A stretch of 29,050 nt of DNA from Acidobacteriota bacterium (GTDB taxonomy: Bacteria; Acidobacteriota; Thermoanaerobaculia; Multivoradales; UBA5704), in assembly GCA_040005235.1 (NCBI GenBank), contig JBDTZG010000062.1, positions 1 through 29,050 on the forward strand, given 5' to 3'. Shown in pieces: positions 26,236 through 29,050 of the stretch. A model generated the notes under the pieces. The model saw only the letters and a program-made list of their open reading frames with translations. It searched no databases and was not told the origin of the DNA. Each line of letters starts with the position of its first letter. Position 1 is the first letter of the stretch. A program made the position numbers and the translations under genes.

Positions 26236-29050
26236 ATGGGGACGTGTGATCGGTCCGATGCACAACGCTCGACGCTTTGTGCGTGGAAGCTCGTATTGGG
26301 TGTCTTTCTCGCCGCGGCTCCCGCCCACGCCCAGCTCGGCACCGCCTGTACCGCCGAGGTGCTGAACCGCACCGTGCGGGTCGAAGCGGACGGCTCGTTT
26401 TATTTCTCGAACCTGCCCACCGAGGACGGCAATTTCCGAGTCCGCATCACCTGCACTCCCGACGGCTCGCCGGTCGTCCATGGCCAGACGCCGTTCTTCC
26501 AGCTACTTGCAAACCAGACGGTCGAGGTCGGACCGGTCGCCTTTGGCGCGGTATCGCCGATTCCCGCCGTGCTGGAGCTGCACCTCGACCGGATGACGAT
26601 GACGCAGAAAGGCGAGCGACTTTTCCTCGGCACCACCGGCATTTTGGGCGACGGCACCGAGCTCGACTTCTCGCCGATCGAAATGGGCACCGAGTTCTGG
26701 TCGAGCGATCCGCGGCTTGCCAACATCGAGCTGATTCCGGTTGCCCCCGGCCGGACCGTCGCCTACCTGCACGCCAACGAGCGTGGGCGCGTGCTGATTG
26801 CCGCGCGCGTCGAGGGCGTGCTGACGGCGGTCGAGATCGATCTCGAATTGCCGAACGACGCCGACCACGACGGAATCACCGACGAGTACGAGATCGCCAA
26901 GGGCTTGAATCCGAACAACCCGGCGGACGCTCTGGAAGATCCCGATGGCGACAACCTTTCCAACCTGCGCGAGTTCGAGCTCGGCACCGATCCGTTCAAC
27001 GCCGACACCGACGCCGACGGCCTGGCCGACGATCGGGAGATCGCCTTGGGCACCTTGCCGGCCAACCCCGACAGCGACGGCGACGGTTTTGTCGACAGCC
27101 AGGAGATCGAACGCGGCACCAACCCGCTGCTCGCCGACAGCGACGGCGATGGCTTGAACGACGGGCTCGAAATCGGCATCGAGAGCGATCCTCTCACCCC
27201 CAATCCGACCACCGTGGTCACCGGCCACGTGGTCGATCCGGAAGGGGTCGCCGTCTCCGGAGCCGCGGCGATCGCCTACGGCCGCATCGTCTCGACGACC
27301 GACCGCAGCGGCGCGTTCGTGCTTGGGCGAGTGCCGGCCGACCGTGGACCGATCGTCGTCTTCGCCCGCGCGTTGCGCGGCGGTTCGGCGCTCGACGGCA
27401 ACTCGCTGCCCACGCAACCGGCACCCGGAGGAACGGTCGACGTGGGCACCATCCACATCGCGCCGATGAATTCCCGCGTCTCGGGCCGCGTGCTCGACGC
27501 CTTTGGCCGGACGCCGGTGGTGGGGGTGCGGGTGGTCGCGCGCTCTTCCTTCGACGTGCGCCAGGCAAACACCGATCCGACCGGCGTGTTCACGTTCGAC
27601 CGCATGGTGCCGGGAATGATCCGCCTGGAAGCGACCGATCCGCGGACCGGCCTGCGCGGCCGGGCGGATGTGAGCCTGCTGCCGGACGGCGAGGCGGTGG
27701 CGAACATCGTCCTCGGCAGCTTCGGCTCGATCGAGGGGCGGGCGCTCGGCCGCGACGCGGTCACCCCGGCCGGACCGGGCGTGATCGTGCGCCGGATGGT
27801 CGGCAAGCAGGTCGCCGAGTCGACCGTCACCGGTATCGACTCGACCTATCGCTTCGCGTTCGTGCCGCTCGGCGTCTACACCGTAGAGACCGCAAACGGC
27901 CAGGGCGATCGTGGACGGACGACCGTGGTGATCCAGGCGACGTCGCAGACCGTCGTGGCGGACATCGCGTTCCTCGGCCGCGGCACGGTCACCGGTATCG
28001 TCGAGACCGAAACCGGCTCGGCCGTGCCCGGCGCGCCTGTCCATTTGGAAGGCGACGGAATCTTCGAGCAGACGCTCGACACCACCACGGGGGCGGATGG
28101 CACCTTCTCGTTCGGCGGCGTCTTCGTCGGCCGCTTCAGCGCCTCGGCGACCAACCCGAGCAACGGCCTCGCGGGCTCGGCGCAAGGCGAGATCCGCAAC
28201 GAAGCGGACCACGACGCGGTGACGATCGTCGTCCGCGCCACCGGTACTCTCGTCGGGACGGTCTTTGATGTCGACGGCACGACCCCGGTGGCGGGTGCTT
28301 CGGTGAGCGTCGGAATCCGCTCGACTACGACCGACGCCTCGGGAGCCTACCGGCTGGATCTCCTGCCGCTTCAGTTTTATGGGATCAGCGCTCACCATCC
28401 GACGCTTCCGAGCTGCGGCGTCGCCGCGGCCACGCTTTCGGAGCCGAATCAGACGGTCCGTCAAGACGTTGTCCTACGCGGCACGGCCAACCTGCTCGTA
28501 CATGTGGTCTACGCCGACGGAGCCCCGGCCTCGGCCGCGACGATCGACGTGAACGGCGGCAGCTTGTGCGGCGTCTCTCTACACGCCACGGCCGACGGCG
28601 ACGGCACCTTCCTGTTCGCGCCGCTGCCGGTGGGTTCGTTCTTCATCCAGGCGATCGGACCGATCGGTCAGGTCCAGGGCTCGGTGGGCACCGAACTGCT
28701 GTCGGGAGAGCACGGTGAGGTGACGATCCAACTGGAGCCGGTCGGCACGATCGTCGGCCGGGTCTTCCAGTCGAACGGGACGACGCCGGTCTCCGGCATG
28801 ACCGTGGCCCTGATCGGCACCGGCCGTTCGCTGCGCTCGGAGGCCGACGGCTCGTTCCGCTTCGACCTCGTGAAAGTGAAGGGCAGCCCCTACACTCTCC
28901 AGGCGAACGACGCCCAGGGCGTGACGCTCGCCCAGGAGTCGAACGTCGTTCTCCACCAACAGGGCGAGGTGGTGACGCGCAACCTGGTGCTGATCCCCCT
29001 AGCAGCCCGTGGTGAAAGTCCGCCCAACCGGCGCAAGGCTCTGGTAAAAT
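26236..29050 (+). CDS. Giant exported protein C (>=938 aa, 3'-truncated): Ig-like domain, bacterial TSP3-type Ca-binding repeats, tandem carboxypeptidase-regulatory-like domains
   Basis: Not in the ORF track because no stop falls inside the window. Read manually in frame +1: GGGAG RBS, MGTCDRSDAQRSTLCAWKLVLGVFLAAAPAHA|QLGTACTAEVLNRTVRVEADG...; DTDADGLADDRE..GT.P and DSDGDG repeats at about 26855-27200; repeated G.V.G.V...DG..PV.GA.V...TD..G.F.F units thereafter. Confidence 0.85.
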   Translation, partial: MGTCDRSDAQRSTLCAWKLVLGVFLAAAPAHAQLGTACTAEVLNRTVRVEADGSFYFSNLPTEDGNFRVRITCTPDGSPVVHGQTPFFQLLANQTVEVGPVAFGAVSPIPAVLELHLDRMTMTQKGERLFLGTTGILGDGTELDFSPIEMGTEFWSSDPRLANIELIPVAPGRTVAYLHANERGRVLIAARVEGVLTAVEIDLELPNDADHDGITDEYEIAKGLNPNNPADALEDPDGDNLSNLREFELGTDPFNADTDADGLADDREIALGTLPANPDSDGDGFVDSQEIERGTNPLLADSDGDGLNDGLEIGIESDPLTPNPTTVVTGHVVDPEGVAVSGAAAIAYGRIVSTTDRSGAFVLGRVPADRGPIVVFARALRGGSALDGNSLPTQPAPGGTVDVGTIHIAPMNSRVSGRVLDAFGRTPVVGVRVVARSSFDVRQANTDPTGVFTFDRMVPGMIRLEATDPRTGLRGRADVSLLPDGEAVANIVLGSFGSIEGRALGRDAVTPAGPGVIVRRMVGKQVAESTVTGIDSTYRFAFVPLGVYTVETANGQGDRGRTTVVIQATSQTVVADIAFLGRGTVTGIVETETGSAVPGAPVHLEGDGIFEQTLDTTTGADGTFSFGGVFVGRFSASATNPSNGLAGSAQGEIRNEADHDAVTIVVRATGTLVGTVFDVDGTTPVAGASVSVGIRSTTTDASGAYRLDLLPLQFYGISAHHPTLPSCGVAAATLSEPNQTVRQDVVLRGTANLLVHVVYADGAPASAATIDVNGGSLCGVSLHATADGDGTFLFAPLPVGSFFIQAIGPIGQVQGSVGTELLSGEHGEVTIQLEPVGTIVGRVFQSNGTTPVSGMTVALIGTGRSLRSEADGSFRFDLVKVKGSPYTLQANDAQGVTLAQESNVVLHQQGEVVTRNLVLIPLAARGESPPNRRKALVK
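28999..29050. mobile_element. Possible left end of an insertion sequence interrupting gene C
   Basis: The coding pattern breaks after NLVLIP; CTAG is followed by CAGCCCGTGGTGAAAGTCC (resembling IS5/IS1182-type ends) and by a TGGTAAAAT extended -10-like box. No transposase is visible. Confidence 0.3.

Noticed and set aside
26277-28464. 663-aa plus-strand and 653-aa minus-strand ORFs
   Set aside because: Shadow frames of the real +1-frame gene C, with Arg-rich non-protein-like composition.

Overview
GC-rich bacterial DNA; the protein families resemble those I recall from Acidobacteriota (Thermoanaerobaculia-like), but this is inference only. There are three blocks. (1) 1-2924: a 5'-truncated NtrY-like sensor kinase and a Fes-like esterase. 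(2) 2950-10678: an accessory regulatory cassette with two related, divergently transcribed TPR proteins. Between them lie two small secreted-peptide genes: one with a duplicated EQGxxxDPNG core, and one with 8 Cys that is translationally coupled to an exported beta-propeller. Next come a PCD/DCoH-fold protein lacking its catalytic motif, a phased 21-bp tandem array, two hypothetical proteins and an XRE regulator. (3) 10694-29050: a candidate novel polymorphic-toxin locus. Two ~2000-aa Sec-exported paralogues share DNRLRE domains, an Ig stalk, a near-identical core, a Cys-rich hinge and a PKD domain, but have unrelated C-terminal tips. Tip B is a peptidoglycan-binding plus lytic-transglycosylase-like module. 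Each paralogue is preceded by the same 20-bp upstream motif and followed by its own unrelated exported, immunity-like gene. A third giant exported TSP3/carboxypeptidase-regulatory-repeat gene follows and runs off the window, possibly interrupted by an IS end. All calls come from reading motifs by eye; no database searches were run.
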